Assembly: GCA_031411295.1 (NCBI GenBank)
Contig: JANOAV010000025.1
Location: forward strand, 1 to 64,000
Length of the DNA: 64,000 nucleotides
Source: Verrucomicrobiales bacterium
GTDB lineage: Bacteria > Verrucomicrobiota > Verrucomicrobiia > Verrucomicrobiales > V1-33
Direction: 5' to 3'
Below are positions 39,301 through 47,728 of this stretch, one piece after another. The notes beneath the pieces are model-generated. The model had not been told where the DNA came from. It was given only the letters and a program-made list of their open reading frames with translations, and made no database searches. Position numbers and translations under genes: made by a program. Within the stretch, counting starts at the first letter, position 1; each line of letters opens with the position of its first letter.

Positions 39301-40333
39301 TCCAAAATTCACGACAGTCTTGCGGGTGAGATCGGCCCCAAGTGCCGATGAAGATATTTTGGGTGCATTACTCGTGACGCTCACGGAAGCTGAATTCCAA
39401 TTGATCAGTCTAACTACAGTGTCGCCATTGGAATTCCGCTTGGTGGGCGACGCCAGTAACACCACAGAGTTCCTGCCGGGGCCAAAAGTTAGGCCTGGTG
39501 CCCCGGCAGCCCCATGGCTGAATGTGGAAAGGGCTGCCTTGCTAAATTTCCAAGACGTAAAATCCGCCACCGCCAAGCCACGCGAAGGCGATTCCTCGCA
39601 CTGGGAAATCGCGATCGAACTCACGGAAGACGGTGCGAAGAAGCTGACGAAAGTTTCCCAAGAGAATCGCGGCAAGGCACTGGCAATCGTAGCCGACGGG
39701 GTGGTCCTCATGGCCCCGACCATTAGGAGTGAAATGGGCGATCAAATAACCGTTAGTGGAAATTTCACCGAGGCCGAGGCGATGCGTGTTGCGGATGGAA
39801 TTAACCATGCCAACGAGGAGGGGCGTCCCGCCCCTCTTGAAGATAGATCTAGCAAGGGGAGCGGGACGCTCCCCCTCCTTGAGCGTGGCGCGGGCTTGCA
39901 GCCCGCAAGCCCTGGCGCTGCCGAGCCACCCAAAGCCGCACCCTCCGCAAACGGAAGCCGAAGCACTGGCTCCGACGCTAAATCTGACGAATCCAGCGCG
40001 ATGGCTAGCGGGCTACAAGCCCGCGCCACTCCTCCAGCGACTTTTACTTCTAACGCTCTCGAGGATGCATACGCCAAAGCAAAGGCAGACCCCAGCAAAT
40101 TGCCCCGACAGCACGACATGAGCGCACTGATTCAAAGGGAATTACAAAAGCAGGCCGGCAGGCTCTATACGCCCACTATCCCCGCTAATTACAAACTGAT
40201 CGAGCAAATTAGACCCGCCACCAAAGACGCCACCTACCCCGACTGGATCATCAAGCGGCAAATCGAAGCCGCCAAGCAGACGCTGAAGACGATTGAGAAG
40301 GCGGATGCGAAACCGGTGGCGTCCCCACGGTGA
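36383..40333 (+). CDS. BlaR1/MecR1-like M56 metallopeptidase sensor with a multi-module ectodomain (ExbD-like x2, TPR-like, SecDF-P1-like) and three REP-derived linkers
   Basis: LGWSLLHFLWQG, HELAHVRRHD (HExxH), FYHPAVWW..REHCCDD; SecDF-like LAIVADGVVLMAPTIRSEM..ITVSGNFTEAEA; repeat EGRPAP...LPLLERGAGLQPAS...GLxARAT x3. Confidence 0.9.
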   Translation: MKPSHEIVEALGWSLLHFLWQGAAVALLLWVLLLVTRKCSAHVRYAAAGVAFLAMLGALAATLAVLWPAAPVSVPDRAYVSYTPHAAYAVTAPPVLEIPISLTPPAMAPAVSAPPEPEAAPLRERIRPALPWCVGFWALGVVVFSLRFLHAWNAVRKWRTSGTPMLADGWPERFASLCARLNVSRPVKLLTSTAVAVPVVIGWLKPMILLPAGLLTGLSIAQLEAVLAHELAHVRRHDYLVNLLQNIVETLCFYHPAVWWVSRQLRKEREHCCDDIAASLTGGPLDYARALATLEEMRGSLNLGLSAATGPLLQRIRRLIGLPEEQSRLWPLGIVAVIALALGVPWALAKEQGRPAPAENNSKKGSETLPLLERGAGLQPASLTKEERVTPIAKQAWPLRAESSVKAGGLQARATTNRRFVLPLEQFPSVFTFPNPPIQVKLGETMVAAATGQWLLPDGVMVSRISERFPSEPRTAFFAITWPATTDSESHTWSRIVGYEGEKTTEPWLLVKESQTATLWLAVASATVRASLNNAKPRLTGLTRIDFQDPLAIRLTSWRCLPKDGPTGACLEAIAQVMELTTGEFAPSYSLEWAMTHEIPVRDMAPSINIASLGGGVFGFENKEWTADELATFIKSTEQTNRPLRSIELTSDVVLPMKEFVQLRSACQKVGLAPIKEEGRPAPLESNSSKGSGTLPLLERGAGLQPASPGAAEAPKGFPSQTGTPTSTSDAAPAEASAKADGLEARATREPAIKPGDAYLKAYLLREEGQKLAAAKDFTAAIEKLKVAQAGFTEIQQKFPEWQPEIVAFRIKRTSEELAKVALGPAQAGPSKNADQARANTEKLEVRLQGWRRALEELKSEKSATEAQSVDQRDKAAVDAHDASLRLINRKIELFEQTIEANTAEGQAKQKLASEILGRELLAKARRTPATQDACLPVVYVDRAGKVSYSITDDYSAPRLPSDVKGLPKLLQTPKFTTVLRVRSAPSADEDILGALLVTLTEAEFQLISLTTVSPLEFRLVGDASNTTEFLPGPKVRPGAPAAPWLNVERAALLNFQDVKSATAKPREGDSSHWEIAIELTEDGAKKLTKVSQENRGKALAIVADGVVLMAPTIRSEMGDQITVSGNFTEAEAMRVADGINHANEEGRPAPLEDRSSKGSGTLPLLERGAGLQPASPGAAEPPKAAPSANGSRSTGSDAKSDESSAMASGLQARATPPATFTSNALEDAYAKAKADPSKLPRQHDMSALIQRELQKQAGRLYTPTIPANYKLIEQIRPATKDATYPDWIIKRQIEAAKQTLKTIEKADAKPVASPR
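37433..37626. repeat. Intragenic composite double-REPIN, copy 1 (in frame)
   Basis: Arm-A hairpins AGCAGGGGCG-GCC-CGCCCCTGCT and GGGGAGCG-AGA-CGCTCCCC, then family-B doublet 37503-37529 / 37600-37626. Confidence 0.88.
38406..38625. repeat. Intragenic composite double-REPIN, copy 2 (in frame)
   Basis: 30-bp inverted arms 38406-38435 / 38449-38478, then family-B arms 38481-38507 / 38599-38625. Confidence 0.9.
39815..40029. repeat. Intragenic composite double-REPIN, copy 3 (in frame)
   Basis: Same arm-A pair, then family-B arms 39885-39911 / 40003-40029. Confidence 0.9.
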
Positions 40334-40359
40334 TTGCTCACTCCACTTTGCTAATTCAC

Positions 40360-40473
40360 AAAGTGGTGCAGGTTTTGTCTCCGACTAACCTGCTGCCGTG
40401 GACCAACTCAACCAATCGTTTGCCCCGGCGCGTGCTCTAGCAGGTTAGTTGGAAGCAAAACCTGCACCACTTT
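40360..40473. repeat. REPIN-like doublet (family D, GTGG-headed)
   Basis: 35-bp inverted arms 40360-40394 / 40439-40473, 3 mismatches all inside the loop; each arm has the internal stem GCAGGTT...AACCTGC. Confidence 0.85.
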
Positions 40474-40596
40474 TCCCAACATTGTCCGGGAGTCCAGGAA
40501 TCTCACGGAAAAGTCCCAAGATTTCTTGTGACGTGGGCGAATTCCATGCTATAGACTGTCCCTTCCACTTTTCCCGCCCATTTTCCGACCTCTTTC

Positions 40597-41499
40597 ATGA
40601 GCGCAGCAGTCATTCCCGATCATCTTCTGAACCAAATTAGCAAGGCCAGCGTGCTAATTGAGGCCCTGCCATACCTGCAACGGTTCCGGGGCGAGACTTT
40701 TCTGATTAAATTTGGCGGCAGCGCGATGGATGATCCGGTGCTGGTCGAAGGGTTGCTGCGAGACATTGTGTTTATGGAGTTGGCGGGGATTAATCCCGTC
40801 ATCGTGCACGGTGGGGGCAAGGCGATCACGGCGGCCATGGCTACGGCGGGGTTGGAAGCGCGGTTTGTGGGTGGCTTGCGGGTCACGGATCAGTCTGCGA
40901 TCAACATTGTCGAAACGACGCTGAGTAATGTCATCAATCCCGGATTGGTGAAGACGATCAACGAATTCGGTGGTCGGGCCGTGGGATTCAGTGGAAAGTC
41001 TGTGTTCATTGGTCGCAAGGTAAAGCCGGTGCGGGGTGAGGACGGTCAACCGGTGGATCTTGGGTTCGTGGGGGATGTGCATGATTTCGTGATCGATGAG
41101 GTTCTGGCGACGATTGCGCAGGAGCGCGTTCCCGTGATTTCTCCCGTGGCCGCAGAAGAAGGCACGGGTCATGCGTTGAACGTGAATGCAGACTTGGCGG
41201 CGGCCTCACTGGCAGGTCGCTTGAAGGCGGCCAAGTTCCTTTATTTGTCGGATGTGCTGGGTGTCATGAAGGACCATCGCGATCCCTCGACGTTGATCCC
41301 CAGCTTGAATCCAGCAGAAGTGGAGCGCTTGGTTAACGAACGCGTCATTGTGGGCGGCATGATTCCGAAGGTGCGCTCGGCGCTGCAAGCGCTGGAAGCC
41401 GGGGTGCAGAAAGTTCACCTCATTGATGGTCGCATTCCCCATTCGCTGTTGTTGGAAATTTTCACCAAGCAAGGTATCGGCACCGAAATCGTGCCTTGA
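40597..41499 (+). CDS. argB: Acetylglutamate kinase
   Basis: LIEALPYL, IKFGGSAM, VHGGG, GLRVTD, NVNAD, GGMIPKV, DGRIPHSLLLEIFT. Confidence 0.96.
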   Translation: MSAAVIPDHLLNQISKASVLIEALPYLQRFRGETFLIKFGGSAMDDPVLVEGLLRDIVFMELAGINPVIVHGGGKAITAAMATAGLEARFVGGLRVTDQSAINIVETTLSNVINPGLVKTINEFGGRAVGFSGKSVFIGRKVKPVRGEDGQPVDLGFVGDVHDFVIDEVLATIAQERVPVISPVAAEEGTGHALNVNADLAAASLAGRLKAAKFLYLSDVLGVMKDHRDPSTLIPSLNPAEVERLVNERVIVGGMIPKVRSALQALEAGVQKVHLIDGRIPHSLLLEIFTKQGIGTEIVP

Positions 41500-41523
41500 G
41501 ACGTATTATAGTTTCGTAGATTC

Positions 41524-42831
41524 ATGAAAGAGCCCATCCCCATTCTTGCACCAGGTCCGGTGCAACACGCCCAGTCGATGTTAGAGAAATATGTCGTGCC
41601 TAACTATGGCCGACTGAACCTTGTGCCAGAACGTGGCAAGGGTGCATACCTGTGGGATGCTGCCGGTCGGCAATACCTTGATTTTGGCGGGGGCGTAGCG
41701 GTTACCAGCATCGGCCATTGCCCGGAAATCATGGTGCAGGCCATCACGAAGCAGGCGCAGAAGCTCATTCACTGTTCCAACTGGTATCAGATCGCGGAGC
41801 AGGGCGAATTGGCCCACTTCATTGTGGAAACGGTCATGCAACAGCCGGGGAAATGTTTCTTCTGCAACAGCGGAGCCGAAGCCAACGAAGGCATGATCAA
41901 GTTGGCCCGGAAATTCGGCCACGCCAAGCCCCAAGCTGACGGCAGCCCACGCTATGAGATCATTACCTTTAACAATTCCTTCCACGGTCGCACTATGGCC
42001 ACCATTTCAGCGACCGCGCAGCAGAAGGTGAAAGATGGATTCGCCCCGCTGCTGGAGGGTTTCGTGCACGTGGACTACAACGATATCGAGGCGATGCGCA
42101 ACGCGATCACGCCCCGGACGGTGGCCATTATGCTGGAACCGCTGCAAGGCGAAGGCGGCATTAACATTGCCAGCAAGGCGTTCTTGGAAGCGGCTGCGCA
42201 ACTGTGCAAAGAACACGATCTACTGCTGCTATTCGATGAAGTGCAGTGCGGGCTGGGTCGGGCCGGGCACTGGTGCGGCTGGAAACCGGTCATGGGCGAA
42301 AATAGCGCAGTAGTGCCAGATGCCGTGAGTTGGGCCAAAGGCATCGGCGGTGGTTTCCCCATCGGAGCCGTGTGGATCGGCCAGCGTGCCGTGAAGCCGG
42401 AAACGAAGCTCTGCGATTTGCTGAGTGCGGGCTCGCATGGCACGACGTATGGCGGGAATCCGCTGGGCTGCGTGGTGGCGCTGGCGGTGCTCCAGGAAAT
42501 TCAACGGGCGAAACTCTGCGAGCGTTCGCGCGATCTGGGACTGGAAATTCAGTCCACCGTGCGCGGCTGGAATTCACCATTGATTGCGGATGTGCGCGGT
42601 CATGGTTTGCTGCTGGGATTTGAATTTGATGTGGCGAAAGTGGAGCAACTCAAGACCTACGAACCCGGCAGCGTGCCATCCATTTTCCTGGTTAAGAAAT
42701 TCATGGCTGCCGGGCTGCTAACGATAGCCGCGGGACCGAAGGTCGTGCGGTGGCTGCCGCCGCTAAACGTGACCAACGAAGAGGTGCAGGCTGCACTGAT
42801 GATCTTTAAACGCGTGCTCCATGAACTGTAA
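41524..42831 (+). CDS. argD: Acetylornithine aminotransferase (class III)
   Basis: FFCNSGAEANE, SFHGRT, EPLQGEGG, DEVQCGLGR, AKGIGGGFP, HGTTYGGNPL. Confidence 0.94.
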   Translation: MKEPIPILAPGPVQHAQSMLEKYVVPNYGRLNLVPERGKGAYLWDAAGRQYLDFGGGVAVTSIGHCPEIMVQAITKQAQKLIHCSNWYQIAEQGELAHFIVETVMQQPGKCFFCNSGAEANEGMIKLARKFGHAKPQADGSPRYEIITFNNSFHGRTMATISATAQQKVKDGFAPLLEGFVHVDYNDIEAMRNAITPRTVAIMLEPLQGEGGINIASKAFLEAAAQLCKEHDLLLLFDEVQCGLGRAGHWCGWKPVMGENSAVVPDAVSWAKGIGGGFPIGAVWIGQRAVKPETKLCDLLSAGSHGTTYGGNPLGCVVALAVLQEIQRAKLCERSRDLGLEIQSTVRGWNSPLIADVRGHGLLLGFEFDVAKVEQLKTYEPGSVPSIFLVKKFMAAGLLTIAAGPKVVRWLPPLNVTNEEVQAALMIFKRVLHEL

Positions 42832-42836
42832 TCCAA

Positions 42837-42980
42837 TGTGGCGGGGGCTTGCAGCCCCCAAGCCTAGCAACATGCACAGCGGACTCATCGCTATAGACCG
42901 CGCTTCGGGTTTTTGTCGGAATCACACACCAAGCAGCCGCTCACAGGGCCATGGCTTGGGGGCTGCAAGCCCCCGCCACA
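42837..42980. repeat. REPIN-like doublet (family B) between argD and argF
   Basis: Perfect 28-bp inverted arms TGTGGCGGGGGCTTGCAGCCCCCAAGCC at 42837-42864 / 42953-42980, 88-nt spacer. Confidence 0.92.
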
Positions 42981-43014
42981 ACTCATCAATTTTAGTTCAT
43001 CAATCATCAATTTA

Positions 43015-43926
43015 ATGAAACACCTCCTTTCCCTAGAATCCATCAGCGCTGCTGAAATCAAGGAAATCCTCCATTTGGCTGTGAAGCTCAAAGCGGAGCG
43101 CGGCCATCATATGCAGCCTCTGAAGGGCCAGTGTTGGGCGATGATGTTCTCCAAAGCATCCACTCGCACTCGCGTCAGCTTTGAGGTTGGCGTGCGGGAA
43201 CTGGGGGGCTGGGTGACCTATCTTTCCCCGCGCGATACGCAGCTAGGGCGGGGCGAACCGATTCGCGATACGGCTCGGGTGCTGGGTCGCATGATGTCCG
43301 GGGCGATCATTCGCACCTATGCCCAGAGCGATGTCGAGGAATTTGCAGCATACGGCAAGATCCCCACCATCAACGCCCTTACCGATGAAGAACATCCCTG
43401 CCAAGTGCTGGCGGATTTGCTCACAATGCACGAACTCTGCGGTGGTTGGGAAGGCAAGAAAGTGGTCTTTCTGGGCGATGGTGACAACAACATGAGTCGC
43501 TCCTGGATGTGGGCGGCGGAGAAATTGAACTTCCAACTCGTGATCGCTGCGCCCAGGGAATATCAACCGAATGCGGCATACCTCGCCAAGTTCAAGAGCG
43601 GCAACATTTCCTGCCAGGAGAATCCAGACGAAGCCGTGCGTGATGCGGATGTGCTCTATACGGATGTCTTCGTGAGCATGGGGCAGGAAGAAGAAAGTGC
43701 CAAGCGCATGAGCGACCTCATTGGCTATCAAATCAATGCCGCATTGGTCAAACGCGCCAAACCCAAGGCGCTGGTAATGCACTGCCTGCCTGCCTATCGC
43801 GAAAAGGAAATTTCTGATGAAACGTTGGAAGCGCATGCCGACACCATTTTCCAACAGGCGGAGAATCGCCTCCATGCCCAAAAAGCCGTGCTGGTCCTGC
43901 TGGACGCAGCGCGGAAAAAGTCCTAG
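43015..43926 (+). CDS. argF: Ornithine carbamoyltransferase
   Basis: KASTRTRVSF, HPCQ, DVFVSMG, MHCLP, QAENRLH; ATG at 43015 (MKHLLSL). Confidence 0.96.
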   Translation: MKHLLSLESISAAEIKEILHLAVKLKAERGHHMQPLKGQCWAMMFSKASTRTRVSFEVGVRELGGWVTYLSPRDTQLGRGEPIRDTARVLGRMMSGAIIRTYAQSDVEEFAAYGKIPTINALTDEEHPCQVLADLLTMHELCGGWEGKKVVFLGDGDNNMSRSWMWAAEKLNFQLVIAAPREYQPNAAYLAKFKSGNISCQENPDEAVRDADVLYTDVFVSMGQEEESAKRMSDLIGYQINAALVKRAKPKALVMHCLPAYREKEISDETLEAHADTIFQQAENRLHAQKAVLVLLDAARKKS

Positions 43927-43941
43927 GATGCCCGCAAAACG

Positions 43942-44991
43942 ATGAAAGCCTCCGACCTCCTCCAACAACTCCAAGACGGTAAAGATCTCAAACCCCGCCA
44001 AGCATCCTGGCTGGCGGAAGCCTTACTGGGTGATGAATTGACCGACGACCAGAAGGCCGAAATCCTTCGCGCACTGAGCGCCAAGGGCGAGACCGTAACC
44101 GAAATCGTGGGTTTCGTGCGCACGTTCCTGCGGCACGCCCTGCATCCGGACTTGGACATGGACGAACTGGGGGCAGCGATTGATGTCTGTGGCACCGGGG
44201 GGGATAAACTGGATCTGTTCAACATTTCAACTACCACCATGTTCGTGTTAGCGGCGGGTGGCATCACCGTGGTGAAGCACGGCAACCGTGGTGTCACTAG
44301 CAAGAGCGGAGGCGCTGATGTGTTGGAAGCCTTGGGCATCCGCATCGACATGCCGCCAAATCAATTTACGAATTGCATCCTGGAAACTGGGGTCGGCTTC
44401 ATGTTCGCCCCGAACTATCACCCGGCCTTTAAATCCATCGCCCCCGTTCGCCAGCGCTTGGCCAAGGAAGGCACGAAGACCATTTTCAATCTCATCGGTC
44501 CACTACTGAACCCTGTGCAGCCCTACTTCCAGTTGGTAGGCTTGGCGGATAATCGGTTGCCGCAGATGTATGCGGAGATCCTGCACGAGTTAGGGCGAGT
44601 CAAAGCCTGGGCCGTGCATGGCACGACCGAGGATGGTTCCGGGATGGATGAAATCAGCACCCTGGGGCCAACCAAAATAGCGCAAGTTGAGTTTGGGAAG
44701 TTTAGCGAAATGGTGCTGCAGCCCGCAGATCTGAATTTAACCCCCGCCACCCTGGATGACCTCAAGGGAGGGGATGCCAGGGAAAACGCCGCCATTCTCA
44801 CAGGGATACTTTCCGGAGAAATCAAAGGTGCCAAGCGGGACATCGTCCTCGTGAATGCTGCCGCAGGGTTTCAAATCACAGGCCAAGCCACGAGCTGGGA
44901 GGATGCCTTGGAGCAGGCGAATGCTGCAATTGATGATGGCGCGGCCCTGAGTGCGCTGCACAAAATTCAGAAGTTCTGCGAGAAATTGTAA
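43942..44991 (+). CDS. trpD: Anthranilate phosphoribosyltransferase
   Basis: DVCGTGGD, FNIST, KHGNRGVTSKSGGAD, TIFNLIGPLLNP, GMDEIS. Confidence 0.96.
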   Translation: MKASDLLQQLQDGKDLKPRQASWLAEALLGDELTDDQKAEILRALSAKGETVTEIVGFVRTFLRHALHPDLDMDELGAAIDVCGTGGDKLDLFNISTTTMFVLAAGGITVVKHGNRGVTSKSGGADVLEALGIRIDMPPNQFTNCILETGVGFMFAPNYHPAFKSIAPVRQRLAKEGTKTIFNLIGPLLNPVQPYFQLVGLADNRLPQMYAEILHELGRVKAWAVHGTTEDGSGMDEISTLGPTKIAQVEFGKFSEMVLQPADLNLTPATLDDLKGGDARENAAILTGILSGEIKGAKRDIVLVNAAAGFQITGQATSWEDALEQANAAIDDGAALSALHKIQKFCEKL

Positions 44992-45067
44992 CAGATGTTA
45001 GCGGTGGCACGGAGGCTGCGTCCTCTCTGAATTCTTGAGTTACGTGGCCTTGCGGGGTTATATTTCA

Positions 45068-45090
45068 GCAGTCCAGCGGACTGCTGCCAC
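45068..45090 (-). repeat. Single GTGG-headed REP (related to 20538-20560)
   Basis: GCAGTCCAGCGGACTGCTGCCAC; a degenerate partner may start at GTGGCAC 45004. Confidence 0.6.
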
Positions 45091-45106
45091 CCTCGATGAG
45101 GGCACG

Positions 45107-45141
45107 AAAAAGCCCGGAGGCCTTGCGGCTTCCGGGCTTTT
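45107..45141. terminator. Bidirectional intrinsic terminator between trpD and fusA
   Basis: AAAAAGCCCGGAGGCC-TTGC-GGCTTCCGGGCTTTT; A/T tracts on both sides. Confidence 0.88.
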
Positions 45142-45163
45142 CTGATTTAACGAACGGCAGGTC

Positions 45164-47329
45164 TTAGACTCCGCCGCGGCGGTTGGTGCCGCGTTGTTCG
45201 ACGATTTGTTCGACGATGTTGTTTGGCACGGGGTCGAAGTGGCTTGGCTCCATGCTGTAGCTGGCACGTCCGGAGGACATGGTGCGGATGCTGGTGGAGT
45301 AACCAAACATTTCGCTGAGCGGAATGTCGGCTTTGACGACGGCAATGTTCTGACGGTTTTCGATGGCTCCGATCTTACCACGGCGGCGGTTGATGTCGCC
45401 CATGATGTCACCTTGGTAGGTTTCCGGGGTTTCAGCTTCCACTTTCATGATTGGCTCCAGGAGTTGGCACTTGGCTTTCTTGAAGGCGTCTTTCATGGCG
45501 AAGATGGCGGCCATTTTGAAGGCGTTTTCGTTGGAGTCAACTTCATGGTAGGATCCGTCGAGCAGTTCGACGTGGACGCCCACGACAGGATAGCCAGCGA
45601 TGATGCCATTGGTCATGGCGTCTGCGATCCCGGCCATACAAGCATTGATGTATTCCTTCGGAATGGTGCCGCCGATAACTTTGTTCTCGGTGGTGAGGCC
45701 CTTGGAACGATCCGATGGGGTGATCTTGAGGATCACGTGGCCGTATTGACCACGACCACCCGTTTGCTTGGCCAGCTTGCCTTCGCCATCGGCTGCGATG
45801 GTGATGGACTCGCGGTAAGCGATCTGTGGCTTGCCGGAAGTGGCTTCCACTTTGTATTCGCGGAGCATCCGGTCCCGGATAATTTCCAAGTGGAGTTCGC
45901 CCATGCCGGAAATAATGGTTTGGCCGGTTTCTTCGTCGGTCTTGACGAAGAAGGTGGGGTCTTCTTCCATGAGGCGGGAGAGGGCGATGGCCATCTTCTC
46001 CTGATCCGCTTTGGAGTTGGGCTCCACGGACATGGAGATAACGGGCTCGGGGAAGGATGGTGGTTCCAGCAAGATTTCCCGATCTTCGTTACAGAGGGTG
46101 TCACCAGTGCGGACGTCTTTGACGCCCACGAGGGCTGCGATATCACCGGAGTAAACGGCATCGATGTCTTTATGCACGTTGGCCTGGATCTGAATCAGAC
46201 GGCCAACACGCTCCCGACGGCGGGTGCGGGGGTTGTAGATTTGGTCGCCCTTGGCGATGCTGCCGCTGTAAACGCGGAAGAACACCAGTTTACCCACGAA
46301 CTTGTCGGACCAGAGTTTGAAGGCCAGTGCGACGAACTTTTCGTTGTCGTTCGCAGCGGCTTCGATTTTGACATCGAAGTCATCTGGATCGCTGCCGATA
46401 GTGGGTGGAATGTCGAGTGGTCCGGGGAGGTAATCCATGACGGCGTCCATGAGGTATTGCACGCCTTTGTTCTTGAAGGCGGAACCACCGACGAGGGGCA
46501 CGAACTTGTTGGTGATGGTGGCGCGGCGGATGGCGGCCTTGACATCCGTAGGGGTGATTTCCTTTTCTTCGAGGAACATTTCGGCCAGGGTGTCGTCCAC
46601 GTTGGATAGCTGCTCAATGAGATCAGCGTAAGCCTTATCGGCAATGGCGGTTTGGGCTGCGTCGAGGTCTTCGACTTTGTAGGTGGAGCCCAGTTTGTCA
46701 TTGTCAGAATAAATGACGCGCTTCTTGTTGATGACGTCGATTTGGCCGTGGAGGTAATCTTCGGCACCGAGGGGCCAAAGGACGGGCCAGGCGTTGGCGC
46801 CCAGCTTGGAACGGATGTCTTCGCAGACGCGACCGAAGTCAGCGCCCGTGCGGTCCATTTTGTTCACGAAAGCAATCCGGGGGACGCCATACTTGTTGGC
46901 TTGGCGCCAGACGGTTTCGGACTGTGGTTGCACTCCGGCAACACCACAGAAGACGGCAATGGCGCCGTCGAGCACGCGGAGGGAACGTTCCACTTCGGCG
47001 GTGAAGTCCACGTGCCCGGGGGTATCGATGATGTTAACGCGTTGTTTGATGCCGGGGTAGAGTTTGACCACGCCTTCTTCCACGGGCTGCATCCAGGAAC
47101 AGGTTACGGCGGCGGAAGTAATGGTGATACCGCGCTCTTGCTCTTGTTCCATCCAGTCGGTGGTGGCACCGCCATCATGCACCTCACCAATCTTGTGAAT
47201 CATGCCGGTGTAGAAAAGGATCCGCTCGGTGAGGGTCGTTTTACCAGCATCAATGTGGGCGCAAATCCCGATATTGCGGGTGCGCTCAAGGGGGAAGTCC
47301 CGTTTCGGGTTGTTCAGTTTATCGGACAT
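45164..47329 (-). CDS. fusA: Elongation factor G
   Basis: [55 protein letters not shown]. Confidence 0.98.
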   Translation of the reverse strand: MSDKLNNPKRDFPLERTRNIGICAHIDAGKTTLTERILFYTGMIHKIGEVHDGGATTDWMEQEQERGITITSAAVTCSWMQPVEEGVVKLYPGIKQRVNIIDTPGHVDFTAEVERSLRVLDGAIAVFCGVAGVQPQSETVWRQANKYGVPRIAFVNKMDRTGADFGRVCEDIRSKLGANAWPVLWPLGAEDYLHGQIDVINKKRVIYSDNDKLGSTYKVEDLDAAQTAIADKAYADLIEQLSNVDDTLAEMFLEEKEITPTDVKAAIRRATITNKFVPLVGGSAFKNKGVQYLMDAVMDYLPGPLDIPPTIGSDPDDFDVKIEAAANDNEKFVALAFKLWSDKFVGKLVFFRVYSGSIAKGDQIYNPRTRRRERVGRLIQIQANVHKDIDAVYSGDIAALVGVKDVRTGDTLCNEDREILLEPPSFPEPVISMSVEPNSKADQEKMAIALSRLMEEDPTFFVKTDEETGQTIISGMGELHLEIIRDRMLREYKVEATSGKPQIAYRESITIAADGEGKLAKQTGGRGQYGHVILKITPSDRSKGLTTENKVIGGTIPKEYINACMAGIADAMTNGIIAGYPVVGVHVELLDGSYHEVDSNENAFKMAAIFAMKDAFKKAKCQLLEPIMKVEAETPETYQGDIMGDINRRRGKIGAIENRQNIAVVKADIPLSEMFGYSTSIRTMSSGRASYSMEPSHFDPVPNNIVEQIVEQRGTNRRGGV

Positions 47330-47512
47330 AAGCGTGTAAGGGCTTGGGGGTGTTGGTTATTAATGAGAGGGTTAGAGAATGAGAGAGTAAGGAAATAAAA
47401 AGTAAGGCAGCTATCAGGCCTCCAGACGAGCATTTAGCGGTGAGTGGGCAGTTCTGCCGCAGCGTCCAGCGAGGTTTCTTAAAGCATCAATCCAGCCGGA
47501 AAGGAGGCGCGA

Positions 47513-47540
47513 ATCATAGGTGTCGGGCGGGGTGGTGCAA
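47513..47540 (-). promoter_or_regulatory. Candidate sigma70 promoter for fusA
   Basis: Minus strand TTGCAC-16 nt-TATGAT, about 180 nt upstream of the ATG. Confidence 0.5.
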
Positions 47541-47558
47541 GGGAAATTTTTGTGACCT

Positions 47559-47603
47559 TAAGGATTTGGAACGAGCAGGGGAGGTGATAGCGGGGCTGCC
47601 TGA
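47559..47603. repeat. 45-bp direct repeat, copy 1
   Basis: TAAGGATTTGGAACGAGCAGGGGAGGTGATAGCGGGGCTGCCTGA; 43/45 identical to 49058-49102. Confidence 0.9.
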
Positions 47604-47728
47604 TATCCCCGAAATGAACATTCTCCGCTGGTTCGGCGGATTCATCCAGCACTTATATGGTAGCCGATGGACCGAGGCCTGGCTTCTCCCACGACCGCAG
47701 CCGACTTTCGGTTCTGCCGTGGTTGATG

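Noticed and set aside
37433..40029. M56 repeats as a diversity-generating retroelement (TR/VR)
   Set aside because: No reverse transcriptase in the window, and the differences are compensatory rather than adenine-specific.
42913..43014. N-terminal extension of argF in the ORF track (TTG start)
   Set aside because: It is only the REPIN right arm read in frame; OTCase similarity begins at ATG 43015. Unlike the M56 copies, nothing indicates it is translated.
45194..47398. Long plus-strand ORFs (471 aa and 248 aa) opposite fusA
   Set aside because: Antisense shadows of a strongly codon-biased gene; no protein motifs.
47559..47603. 45-bp repeat as a tRNA-derived att site
   Set aside because: No tRNA T-arm or CCA pattern on either strand and no integrase nearby; kept only as an unexplained duplication.
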